DNA of 64,000 bases from Lama glama (lineage: Eukaryota). The stretch spans positions 53,632,001-53,696,000 of the forward strand of contig CM052816.1 of assembly GCA_028534125.1 (NCBI GenBank). The letters are read 5' to 3'. Shown here in pieces: positions 26,070 to 37,402 of the stretch (its first letter is position 1; every line of letters starts with the position of its first letter). A program made the translations under genes and the position numbers. The notes under the pieces were generated by a model. The model had not been told where the DNA came from, did no database searches, and saw nothing but the letters and a program-made list of their open reading frames with translations.

Positions 26070-26955
26070 TAAGATTTTATTTTTTAGAATATTTTTAGGT
26101 TCACAACAAAATTGAGAGGGAGATACAGAGATTTCCCATATATGCCCTGCCTCTATACATGCATAGCCTCCTTCGTTATCACACTTCACCAGAGTGGTAC
26201 ATTTGTTACAATTAATGAACCTATATTGCCATATCATTGTCAACTAAAGTTCATCGTTTCCATTATGGTTCACTCTTGGTGTTACTCATTCTGTGGGTTT
26301 GGGGAGATGTATTCTGACATGTACCCATTATTATGATATCACATGGAGTACTTTAATGCCCTAAAAATCCTCTATTCTCTGCCTGTTCATCCCTCCTCCC
26401 TGCAACCCAATCCCTGGCAACTGCTGATCTTTTACTGTCTCCATAGTTTCCAGAATGCCTTTTCCAGAATGTCATGTAGTTGGAATCATAGAATATGCAG
26501 CCTTTTCAGATTGGCTCCTTCAGCTTAATAATGTGCATTTAAGGTTCTTCCATATATTTTCATTGCTTGATAACTCATTTCTTTTTAGCTGAATAATATT
26601 TCATTGTCTGGATGTACCATAGTTTATTTATACGTTCACCCACTGAAGCGTATCTTGATTGCTTCTTAGTTTTGGTAATTATAAACAAGAATGTTATAAA
26701 CATCTGTGCAGATTTTTGCACGGACATGTTTTCAGCTTCTTTGGGTAAATAGTAAGTAGTGTAATCGCAGGATTATATGGTAGGAGTGTGTTTAATTTTG
26801 TCAGAAACTGCCAATCTATCTTCCAACGTTGCTGTACCATTTTGCATCCCCACCAGCAATGAATGAGTTTCTGTTGTTCCACATCCCCACCAGCATTTGG
26901 TGTCAGTGTTCTGGATTTCGGCCATTTTACTAAGTATGTACGTCATTGTTGTTTT
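26070..26955 (-). mobile_element. Old L1 (L1MC/MD-type) 3' end
   Basis: TTAGGTTCACAACAAAATTGAG...CACCAGAGTGGTACATTTGTTACAAT; ORF2 C-terminal remnant (LLPYNPAITLL.IYPK). Confidence 0.85.
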
Positions 26956-27749
26956 CAGTGTGGCCATTAGATTACCGGAGGACAACACTCTGATCCTTGT
27001 ACCTCCCTACCCTCGACAGCCACTGGCCCCCCAGGTTGTATTTCACTAGTCCCTGAGTTTCTGGCTTCAGGGCTGTAGTTGTAAAGCCAGTCTGAAGGGG
27101 AAATAGGGAAAGGCTCTGAAATTCACCTGAAACGTCAGGCTGGGGGAAGTTAGTCCTGGAAAGTTTTCTCAGGTGCTACTCCCGTGCTAGGCAAATTTCT
27201 GCCTTGACTGCCCAGAAGACTTTAGTGATACCACAAGCCCAAGAATGAAGGAGCTGCCCAGATGACAGGCTACACCTGGTGCATGAGGCGGCTCCATTTC
27301 ACTTTATTCTACTTTTGGTAGCCAGATGCCAGTAGCAAGCATTCCTACGGTAACCGGAAACCACTGGCCCCAGGATTTTCCTTTGAAGCGTTCACTATAA
27401 TGATACCCTCTCTGTGACAGTGGATCCTCAAACACATGGTCCTAGAAATTTCCTTAAGGTGGAGAGATTTGCGATAAAGGTTGCCTGGGCCGGATGTGAA
27501 AGTAAGACAAAGCTGGCTCCAGGGAGAGTAGAAACCGCCTAAAAAGGGAAAACAATCCTGATTAGAAAAGTTGATCTGGTATGTTAAGTGGCGTTTCAGG
27601 AGAAATCTGAAAGCTATCGACTTACAACAGGAGTCAAGCAAAAAAGTGTCCTGGCTCGGGGACCCTTCTAAGGGATCAAAATGGATACAATGGGTATCTG
27701 CAAAAAAACCAGCCAAACTAAAACAACCCTTTAAAAGCCAAGAGTCTAG

Positions 27750-28350
27750 TCTTCCGCACGCGCTGGGCCTGCCTTCCGCAAAGCTGGGGTCCGAGCCTCT
27801 CAGCTACCTCAAAAACCCGGAAAAGGGAAATCCAGGCGGGCCCTGGAGTTGCTGGCGGTGGGCTCCGGCCGGCCTGCATACTGGGCATGCGCAGGGGGTG
27901 GACCGCCAGGTCGGCTTAGGGAGCCGTGACGAGTCCGGAAGCGCCTGCGCAACCCCCCCCAACCCCCGCTCCCCGCACGAGAACTAGTTTTGTTCCGCGT
28001 CCTTCGGACCGGAGCCCTTCGGAGAGAAACCTGGGCAGGACCAGTTGGACAACTGCAGCACCGCAGTAATGTCCAGCAACAGCTTCGCTTACAATGAGCA
28101 GTCTGGTGGGGAGGCGACGGAGCTGGGTCAGGAGGCGACCTCGACCATTTCCCCCTCTGGCGCCTTCGGCCTCTTTAGCAGCGACATGAAGAAGTAAGGA
28201 GGAGGGTTTGTGGGGGCGGGGGGCCGGACTGAGGAGCTGGGGCCCGGGAGGAGCGGGCACGGAGTTCGGGCTCCCGGGAGAGGGGTGGGTTCGCCCCGAG
28301 ACCGTCCCGCAGCCGGGCGGTAACGTTTCCCGAGTTGGGTCAGTTGGGAG
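27750..28350 (+). promoter_or_regulatory. AP3B1: CpG-island, TATA-less housekeeping promoter/5'UTR of AP3B1
   Basis: The only CpG-rich stretch in the window. NRF1-like TGGGCATGCGCA (27882-27893) and GCGCCTGCGCA (27941-27951), ETS/GABP CCGGAAG (27935-27941), CRE half-site GTGACG (27926-27931), GC box at ~28212-28221. Confidence 0.88.
28069..28193 (+). CDS. AP3B1: AP3B1 coding exon 1 (AP-3 complex subunit beta-1, N-terminus)
   Basis: ATG at 28069 reads MSSNSFAYNEQSGGEATELGQEATSTISPSGAFGLFSSDMK(K), matching the mammalian AP3B1 N-terminus; it ends at a canonical donor AA|GTAAGG (125 nt, phase 2) inside a CpG island. Confidence 0.97.
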
Positions 28351-28749
28351 TGGCGAGAATTGTTGGGAGTTTGGGATAAGACTCTGGAGGAGTCTCTAGT
28401 AGTTTCCAAACTTTAGTGAAAAAAGCACCTTTTGGAGCGCTTAGGTGCCATCACCTAAGACTGAGTTTGTCTGGGCTGGGGCGCAGGAATCAGAATTTTG
28501 AACAAACACTCATTTAATGTTTTAACAAGCTCATTTAATGTTTGCTTGGTCACACTTGGAGAAATTCGCTTATTAGGGTGGAAGGAGTGTTTGGGGAGTT
28601 GAGAGGTAAAGTTAGAGTATGTGGCTTGTGGGAAACTATTCTGTGACCCTCGAGTGTAGGAGGAAGGAGGTGTTGTAGGTACATTATGAACGGACAAACT
28701 GGTTTATACAAATGTGAATGTTCTTGGACAATGTCCTATACACTACAGA

Positions 28750-28830
28750 CCAAAAAAAAAACCCCCCAAAACAAAAAAAAAACCCCAAAAAACTCAGAAC
28801 AAAAAACCAAAAACTCAATCGCAAACACAA
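28750..28830. repeat. A/C-rich low-complexity tract
   Basis: Runs of A interspersed with C runs at the start of intron 1. Confidence 0.85.
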
Positions 28831-29969
28831 TAATCATATGAGTAGAGAGAATACTTAGAGTGTTACTCTGAACAAGTCCAAAAATTTTACAAATTAATAA
28901 TGTGAATTTTAAAAGTGAATACTAGACAATATATACTTGATTTTTAAGAAAGGTAAAGTAAAATTTAATTAGGATTACATTTAAAATTTATTTTAAAAGG
29001 CATTCTGAAAAGTGCTAGTAGTTGAAATTGAGATTACATTTTGACTGTATTAAGCTAAGTGAAATCCTGTATAGAGCATCTGGAATAGAGGGTATTCCCC
29101 CCTTATTTTCAAGTTAGAAAGTTTAAAAGTAATATAACTAATTTTTCGTTTTTCAGTCTGCACTTAAATGATGCATTGTTCCAACAATGGGCTAGTCGCA
29201 GGTCTACTATTAGCAAAATGTTTCAACTGTTGTATTAAGGTGTAAGTCTGTATAGGTCTGTTATGTATGTGGTGTGTCTACAATTTGATTTACTTGTATG
29301 ATTTGTGAACTTCTAAGATGTTTTTCTCTTGGAGTCTTCCATTTCCTATTGGGCCTGATTTGGAAAAAAACTTGTATAGCTTTGACTATGAGCAGTGCTT
29401 TAGCAGGTTGGATTTAAAATAAAAATAACCAACATTTATTGAGTGCTTGTGCATTTGTGCACACTACTTGATGCTTATTATCTCACCCAGTCCTCCTAAC
29501 AACCCTGTGGCTTGTTAGCAGATCGTTCTTTGATCCCACTTTGCAGATGAAGAAATTGAGCTAGAAGCAAAGCTAGAATGCTGTGCTGCCTGAATCTGAA
29601 CCCAGACATTTTCATCTTGGAGCTCATTCTGTGGAGCACTTGGAAATTCTTACTGCTTGATCAAGTTTACATTGCTTTTATTAGGGAATACTTACACCTC
29701 ATTAAAAGTTTAAAACTTTAAATAGTAGTTTTAGACAGTGTGTGACCTTGAGGCTTTCAGGAATTAGAAACACTTTGGCCATTGAATTGCAGTCTAATGG
29801 GGTGTACAGAAACAAGGAGACCTCTGCTCTGGAAGTGGTCACTTAATTTCTCTTGAGCTTGCATTCTCTCCTTTATAACAAGTGATACTTCTTGCCTTTT
29901 TAAAAACCCAAATGACAAAATTTATGTAAAAAACTTAAAGCCTACCCTGATCCTTTGTGCTAATTTATT

Positions 29970-30466
29970 TTTTATTTATTTAGTTTTGGTGTTTTGGGGG
30001 TTTTTTTTTTGGTGTTTTTTATTGTCTAATTTTTTTTATTGAAGTGTAATTGACATATAACATATTAGTTTCAGGTATACAACATAATGATTCAGTAGGT
30101 ATTTTTATCTATTGAGAAAATATCACCACAAGAAGTCTAGTTAACATCCATCACCATACTTAAGTTTTTTTTCTGTAATGAAGACTTTTAAGATTCATGC
30201 TTTTAGAATATGAAAACAAATATATGTACATATATGTATGACTGAAATATGCTGTACACCAGAAATTGACACAATGTAAACTGACTATACTTCAATAAAA
30301 GTGAATGCAAAAAAAATTCACTCTTTTGCAACTTTAAAATATACAATAGAGTATTATTAACTTTATTAACTTTAGTCACCATGTTGTACATTACATCCTC
30401 ATGACTTATTTTATAATTGGAACTTTGTGCCTTTGACCCCCTTCACCCATTTCACCTACCCTCTTC
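29970..30466 (-). mobile_element. L1 3' end with a nested plus-strand younger L1 tail (~30204-30316)
   Basis: Host TTTATTGAAGTGTAATTGACATATAAC...; insert GCTGTACACCAGAAATTGACAC..ACTATACTTCAATAAAA flanked by AAGATTCA / AAAATTCA. Confidence 0.8.
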
Positions 30467-30479
30467 TGCTCTAATTTTT

Positions 30480-31290
30480 GATGATTTACTTTGAAATAGT
30501 TTCAAGTTTATAAAAATAGTACAGAGAACTCTTTATGCAGATTGTCTAAATTAAAAAAAAATTACTGCATTGCTTTATTTATTACTCTTTCTCTTTACAG
30601 AGATATACACACATTTGTTATCTGTCTGATCCTTTGGAGAATAGATTGTATATATACATCATGTCCCTTTATCTTGATACCTTAGTTTATATTTTTTAAG
30701 AACAAGGATTTTCTCTTTCACAACCACAGTACTGTTATATTAAGGAAATTTAACATTAGTACAATCTACAGTTTATAGTCCAGTGTTGTCATTTGTCCCA
30801 ATAAATAATTTTTTTTTAGCATTTTCCCTTCTAGTACATAATCCAGTCCAGGATCATGTATTTCATTTAGTTGTCATACCTCTTTAATCTGGCATAGTTC
30901 CTTGGCTTTTGTCTTTTGCTGTCTTGACACTTTTGTTGAATACAAGCCACTTATTTCATAGCATATTAATCCACTTGGGTTTGTCAGTGTTTCCTCATGT
31001 TTACATTCATGTTGTGTATCCCAGTCTAGAATACTACCTTCTTAGACTGTTGCATTGGGAAGCATAGTATACCCATCTTTATGATGTTAATTTTCCCAGT
31101 TAATGGGTTGTCTGTGATTTATTTTTTCCCAGTAATCTACCTATGGAGGGACACTTTGAGACCATGCAAATGTCTTGTTCCCCATTAAATCACCACTCCC
31201 TGTATTTAGCATTGATGAATCTCCTGAATCAGTCTTTACCGCAATGTCTACAAAATGGTGATGTTCTGACTCCCTCTGCTATTCTGCCCT
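30480..31290 (-). mobile_element. Old L1MC/ME-type 3'UTR
   Basis: TAAGAACAAGGATTTTCTC..ATAACCACAG-like motif, ATCCAGTCCAGGATCATG, ACTTTGAGACCATGCAAATG. Confidence 0.65.
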
Positions 31291-32505
31291 TTGGCCTCTC
31301 ATCCAAAAGCTTTATGCCCTTTGATCCTTCAGTAACCACCTCAGTGATGCCTAATCACTTCTTCATCACAGGATTATTGATGATTTTTGTTTTCTGAATT
31401 TGATCTTATCAGTCTTATTTATTTCCCCTTCAAATAAAGCCAGAGTTAGGGAGTTTTAGATGGTTTTACAAAAGCAGATCTTGTACGTCATTTATTGGTT
31501 AATCAAGCCTGCGTTTGGATTATTGGGATCAAGATTTGCAATTTCTTTGCTTAAAAATGTGAAGAGTTGATTTTTTGTAATCTTTTCTTTTGAGATGGTT
31601 GTAAACTTTTATTGCTTTTAGTTTTTTCCTAAATTATTTTTCTTTTGTCTTAAACAAAGAAACTCTTTATTTTATCTTAACCCATTAGACTGTGTATATA
31701 TAATTTAAAAAGTAATTTTAATCATTTTATTTCTGGATTAAATATTTAACTAGAAATTAATTTTTGGAAAGAAACAGAGAAGACTAATTTTTCTCAGCAG
31801 TGGTAAAACTACTAAATTTCTGAATCTCTTTTCTTTTGAGAACGTCAAGGTGTATTAGAAAGAGCACTGGACTTAGAGTGAGAAGATCTGAATTTAAGTT
31901 GAAGTTTTCCACTTGCAGTCATGTTTCCTTGTTCATGTTGGTCTATCTTGTCAAACTTCAGTGTCCTCGTTTCTAGAGAGGATATGATAATATTTGCCTA
32001 TTTTGTGAGTTTTACATAAGATGGTATAATTGAAAGTGATTTCTGAACCAGAATATTAACTAACATTGTTTAGAAAAGTTATTGAAAGCTTCGCCGAGGT
32101 GATGAGGTTTTTAGTCCTTAAGCCTGAGAAGCTTTTTGCCAGGTGAAGAAAAGGGGAATTCTTCAGGCAGAGTGTGTGGAAACCAGGAGAGCTGCAAAAG
32201 AAAATGCATGTTCAGATGCAATATAGATTAAGGCATCAACGTTTAGAATTATCAGTAGTAATTAAAGCATGGAACTGGAGAAAATCACCCAGGGAGAACT
32301 TTTCTTGTTAGAAGAGAAGGCAGTTTAGACAAAACCTTACGGAACACCAACATTTAGGAGGTGAGTGAAAGAAGAAGTACTGAAAGTGTGCTCAGAGGAA
32401 GGTTAGAAAAAAGGAAGCTAAGAGGAAAGTTGTATTAGGAGTTACAGGGAAGAGGCAAATAGAATGAAGGCTGAAAAGAGGCCATTGGGTTTAACAGTTA
32501 AAAGG

Positions 32506-33138
32506 TATTGGGCATATATCTGGAGAAAACTCTTAACTCGAAAAGATACATGCATCCCAGTGTTCATAGCAGTACTGTTTACAATGGCCAAGACATGGAA
32601 GCATCCTGTGTCCATCAACAGATGATTGGGTAAAGAAGATGTGGTATATGTATACATATAATATGAAATATTACTCAGCCATAAGAAAGAATGAAATAAT
32701 GCCATTTGCAGCAACATGGATGGACTTAGAGATTATCATATGAAGTGAAGTAAGTCAGACAGGGAAATACAGATATTGTATGATATCACTTATATGTGGA
32801 ATCTAAAAAAAAAATGATACAAATGTACTTATTTACAAGCCAGAAATAGACTTAAAATAGACATAGAAAACAAACTGTGGTTACCAAAGGGGGAAGACAT
32901 GGGGGAGGAATAAATTAAGAGTTTGAGATTAATATATGCACAACACTATATATAAAATAGGTAAACAACAAGGACCTCCTGTATAGCACAGGAAAAGTGT
33001 ATTCAATATCTTGTAATAACCTATAATGGAAAAGAATCTATAAAAGAATATATATGTTATGTATAGCTGAATCACTATGCTGTACACCTAAAACTAACAC
33101 AACATTGTAAATCAACTATACTTCAATTAAAAAAAAAA
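32506..33138 (+). mobile_element. 5'-truncated lineage-specific L1 inserted in an L2 remnant (~32060-32505)
   Basis: GGGCATATATCTGGAGAAAAC..AAAGATACATGCATCCCAGTGTTCATAGCAG through the 3'UTR to poly-A. Confidence 0.9.
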
Positions 33139-33606
33139 GATGATCAAGATAGCGTTTTTAGCACCTGCTGAAATTGGGGTGGACTTTTCGTTTGTTTAGA
33201 TTCACAGAGCTGATTTAGACCCCAACAAAGGGTGGCATGCTTTTCTGTTGTCTTACTGCATCATGTAATATGATGTACTTAATACTAACTACATCAGCAT
33301 ATTTGCATTGCAAATGCTAAAGGCTAGTCTACTTTTTTAACTTAAGTTATATTTGTCAGCTTTATGTCAACCATGAAAATTACATTACGTATAGCCCTTT
33401 AACCTTTGTTATCAGTGTTTCTCAGTGGAGTCCACTAGGAATTTTACATGGGTCTCTGGCTTGTACACAGTAACAACAAATCTAGCTTTATCATCACTGT
33501 GTTTTCTCCTTTTCAGGAGGGAGTATAGAAGTGCAGCTGCATGAGAGTGACCTTTTTATAGGGATATTCTTGAGTTAACTTCATTAAAGTGAAGATAAAA
33601 CAGTCC

Positions 33607-34006
33607 TATTGACCAAGAAAATGCAGAAGCTACAGATAAAAGAATTTATTTGGGGTCTTAGAAATTGCAGTTCGGAAGTGTGCAGAGGAAGAGAAAGTCA
33701 ATTGCTTATAAAGATGAAAGCCACAAGGTTGTGAAGTTGACAAGAATTATGGGTGACCATGATGCAAGGAAATATTTGTCCTTAGGAAACAGGCTGTTAC
33801 GAATTATTTTAGGGTAAGGATCTGATAAATATTTTGAGTTTCTGGAACATTGGGCAGATATTCTGGATACCTACATTAAGATAATACACGGTCAAAGTTC
33901 AGATTCTATCCGCGGGGTCTTGCATAAGTCATACTCCTTCAGTGCCTCCCGGGGCCATTTTAGAGAGCTCTCTTAGCAATACTAGCATTTTGATTTTCCT
34001 TTCACA
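33607..34006 (-). mobile_element. ERV1-like solo LTR, 400 bp
   Basis: Minus strand begins TGTGAAAGGAAAAT; AATAAA on minus at 33645-33650; exact 4-bp TSD GTCC (33603-33606, 34007-34010). Confidence 0.8.
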
Positions 34007-34048
34007 GTCCCAGATGTCATTACCTTATTAATAGTAGCACATTATTTT

Positions 34049-37000
34049 GTTCATTTTTGTTTGTTTTATTTTTGTTTTTCTGCCAGTTTTATTGAGATAC
34101 AGGTTTAAGGTGTAGAGCAGAAAGATTTGACTTACATACACCATGAAAGTTTACCATAATAAGTTGTTTGGTGACCATCCATCATAGATACAACATTAAA
34201 GAAATAGAACATTTTTTTTTCCTTAGTATGAGGACTCTTAGGATTTACTCAACAGTTTTCTCGTGCAGCGTACAGGCAGCAGTGTTAGTTGTATTCATCA
34301 TGTCGTACATCCCCAGTTATAAGATGAAATACTTATAACTGAAAGTTTGTACCCTTTGTCTTTCTTCATCCAGTTTCCCCTACCCCCACCTCCCTGCCTC
34401 TGGTAATCACAGATCAGCTCTCTTTTTCTGTAAGTTTGTTTTTGATGTATGATTGACCTATAACACTATGTTAGTTCCTGGTACACAGCATAGTGATTCA
34501 ATATTTCTGTACATTTCAAAATGATCACTATGATAAATCTAGTTGTTATCTCTTGCCATACAAGGATACTACATAATTATTGACTATATTCTCCACACTG
34601 TACATTTCATACCTGTGACTCATTTATTTTGTAATTGAAGTTTGTACACTTATCCTCCTCTACCCCCTGCAACCACCTGTTTGTTCTCTGTATCTGTGAC
34701 TCTGTTTCTATTTAGTTATGTTTGTTCATTTGTCTTGTTTTTTAGATTCCACATATAAGTGAAATCATACAGTATTTGTCTTTCTCTGTCTGACTTGTTT
34801 CCCTTAGCATAATACCCTCTGGTTGTTACATGTAGAAAATGATAAAATTTCATTCTTTTTTGTGGCTGAGTGATATTCCATTGTATGTTTGTATACACAT
34901 AACATATATTCTTTATCTGTTCATCTCTCAGTGGACACTTAGGTTGCTTCCATATCTTGGCTATTGTAAATACTGCTGCAGTGAACGTATGGTACATATA
35001 TCTTTTCGAATTAGTGTTTTTGTTTTCTTTGGATAAATACCCAGGAGTGGAATTGCTGGATCATATGATAGTTCTGTTTTTAATTTTTTGAGGAACCTCC
35101 ATACCTTAATGGCTGCAACAATTTACATTCCTACCAACAGTGTACAGGATTCCCTTTTCTCCATATCATTATCATTTTTTGATTGATTTGTTTGTTTGAT
35201 ACTAAATTACAGGAGCTGTTTATATATTTTGGATATTAAACCCTTGTTGGTCACGTCATTTGCAAATATTTTCTCCCATTCCATAGGTTGTCTCTTTGTT
35301 TTGTTGGTGGTTTCCTTTGCTGTGTATAATAAGCTTTTAAGTTTAATTAGGTCCCATTTGTTTATTTTTGCTTTTATTTCTTTTGCCTTAGGAGACAGAT
35401 CCAAAAAAATATTGTTACAATTTATGTCAAAGAGTGTTCTGCCTGTGTTTTCTTCTAGGAGTTTTATGGTTTCAGGTCTTACAGATAGGTCTTTAATCCA
35501 TTTTGAGTTTGTTTTTGTGTATACTGTGAGATAATGGTCTAATCTCATTGTTTTGCATGGAGCTGTCCAGTTTTCCCAGCTCACTTGTTGAAGAGACTGT
35601 CTTTTCTTCATTGTACCTTAAACTTTTTATTGGGTAGATTTCTTGTCTCTACTTTAGTTAGTTCTTCTGTGGTTGTAACTCATTCCATCTTTTGGAATGT
35701 ATGCCTTTGTCACCTCATTTTTCTTAATTTGCTGTTTTTATTTTTATGTATCTGTAAGTTGTTTGTGTTTCCCCAGGTTGGAGAATTGGACTTACGTAGA
35801 AGTTGTCCTGTGGGACCCAGCAGCACATTCTGCTCTGGTGAGCAGAGCTGAATGCTATTGAGATGCCCTCTATTTGGGCTGTCTGGATCCTCCTTTTGTG
35901 GCAGGTGTCTACTGTGGGCACACTGGTGGATGTGGCTGGCCCCTGGTCTGGTTGGTTGCCTGGCCCTGCCTTGTGCAGGGACTGCTGGCTGATTGTGGAT
36001 GGGGCCAGGTCGGCCACTACTGGCTGCATGGCCAAGGAAGTCCTGGTCCTAGTTCTGGCCCTCTGTTGGGCAGGGCCATGTCTTGAAGCAGCTGGCTCTG
36101 GAGCCCCAGGGATCCTGGGGTTAGTGCTGGTCCATTGGTGGGCAGAGCTAGGTTCCAAGGTGGCTGGCTGCAGGGCTGGGGTCCTGGAGCTAATGTCGAC
36201 CTCTGGTGAGTGGGACCATAGCCAGGGAAGCGGAGTCCTGAGCCTGGTGTAGGCCTGCTAGTGGGCAGGGCTGGTTCCTGACATGACTGGTTGTGGGATC
36301 CAGGATGTTCTGGAGCTGGTAGGCATGGCCATATCTCAGGGTGGCTGACTAGGGCACCAAAGGTGTCCTGGAGCTGGTATCAGCCTGCTACTGGGTGGGG
36401 CCAGAGCCCTAGTGCCAGCCCTATGGTTGTGGGGCTGGGCCTAGGGTCTCGGGCTGCAAGGCTCAGCTGTTGGGAAGTTGGTGTCAGCCTGTAGGTAGGT
36501 GGGGCTGGGGCCTGGGGGTCCTGGGGCTGGTGCCAGACTGATGGTGAGTGGGGTGGGTGGGATCAGCTGGCTGTGAGACCTTGGGCTCTTTCCCACCCAT
36601 TGGTGGGTGGGGATGGGTCCTGGGCCTTCTGATAGACAGGGCTGGGTCCTGGAGCAGCTTGGGGCTCAGGGATCCTATGGCAGCCAGCTTGCTGATGGAT
36701 AAGACTGTGTCCCGCCCCAGGTAACTATATGGTCTGGAGTGTCCCAGGACTGGTGCTGACTAGCTTGTGGGTGGGGCTGGGTCATGGTACTAATAAGCTA
36801 GAGGGAGGATTCCAGTGTCCTTGTGGGATGAGCTCTCCAAAATGGCAGGCACTAGCGTCTGTGTCTCCAGGATAAGTCCCAGTTACCTCTTGCCTCTCTG
36901 GGAAACTTTCCAAGATCTGCAAGTTCCAAGATCTGCTAGGTTCCTTTCAAATTACTACTACTGTCCTGAGTCCTGGGGTGTATGAGATTTTGTGTATGCC

Positions 37001-37402
37001 CTTTAAGAGTGGAGTCTGTATTTCCCACCACCTCTGTCTTTCCCCAAAGTAAGCCCTACTCATCTTCAAAGGCAAACATTCTTGGATCTTGTCTTTCTGG
37101 TGCAGGACCCCTGGGCCGGGGAGCCTGATGTGGGGCTCAGACCCTTACTCTTTGGGGAGCACCTCTGCAGTTGTAATTGTCCTCCTGGAGCTTTGGATCT
37201 TGACTGTAGCATGTCTCTACCCTTCCTCACCATCTTGTTGTGGTTCCCTCTATGTATCTTAAGTTGTAGAAGACCTTCTCTGCTAGTCTTCAGGTCATTC
37301 TCATCCACAGTTGCTTTGTAAATAGCTGTAATAATGATGTGTCCTTTGGGGGACATGAGTTCAGGATCTTCCTACTCTGCAGTATTGGCCATTCCGTAAC
37401 TC
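34049..37402 (-). mobile_element. Internally deleted L1: complete 5'UTR, ORF1 start, ORF2 C-terminal part, 3'UTR and poly-A
   Basis: TSD CATTATTTT (34040-34048, 37403-37411); L1 5' start motif GAGTAGGAAGATCCTGAACTC; ORF2 remnant WENW...[21 protein letters not shown]...[12 protein letters not shown]...[11 protein letters not shown] (35207-35611). Confidence 0.88.

Noticed and set aside
1..27700. Exons of a neighbouring gene (SCAMP1 lies upstream in human)
   Set aside because: No recognisable coding exon or second CpG island; it probably lies outside the window.
27345..28697. Overlapping ORFs around the CpG island (e.g. 27571-27987 +, 27916-28260 -)
   Set aside because: Expected from GC richness, with no recognisable protein; the true frame is the short AP3B1 exon 1, which is absent from the ORF track.
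35207..35611. 134-aa ORF as a gene
   Set aside because: It is a decayed L1 ORF2 fragment without the EN or RT domains.
35590..35640. Spliced L1 retrocopy explanation for the internal deletion (AAG|GTA looks like a donor)
   Set aside because: The GTA is retained at the junction, whereas splicing would remove it; microhomology fits better.
35585..37356. Several 65-144 aa ORFs in the GC-rich region, and a possible second CpG island
   Set aside because: They lie in L1 5'UTR repeats where stop codons are scarce, and the region is CpG-depleted.
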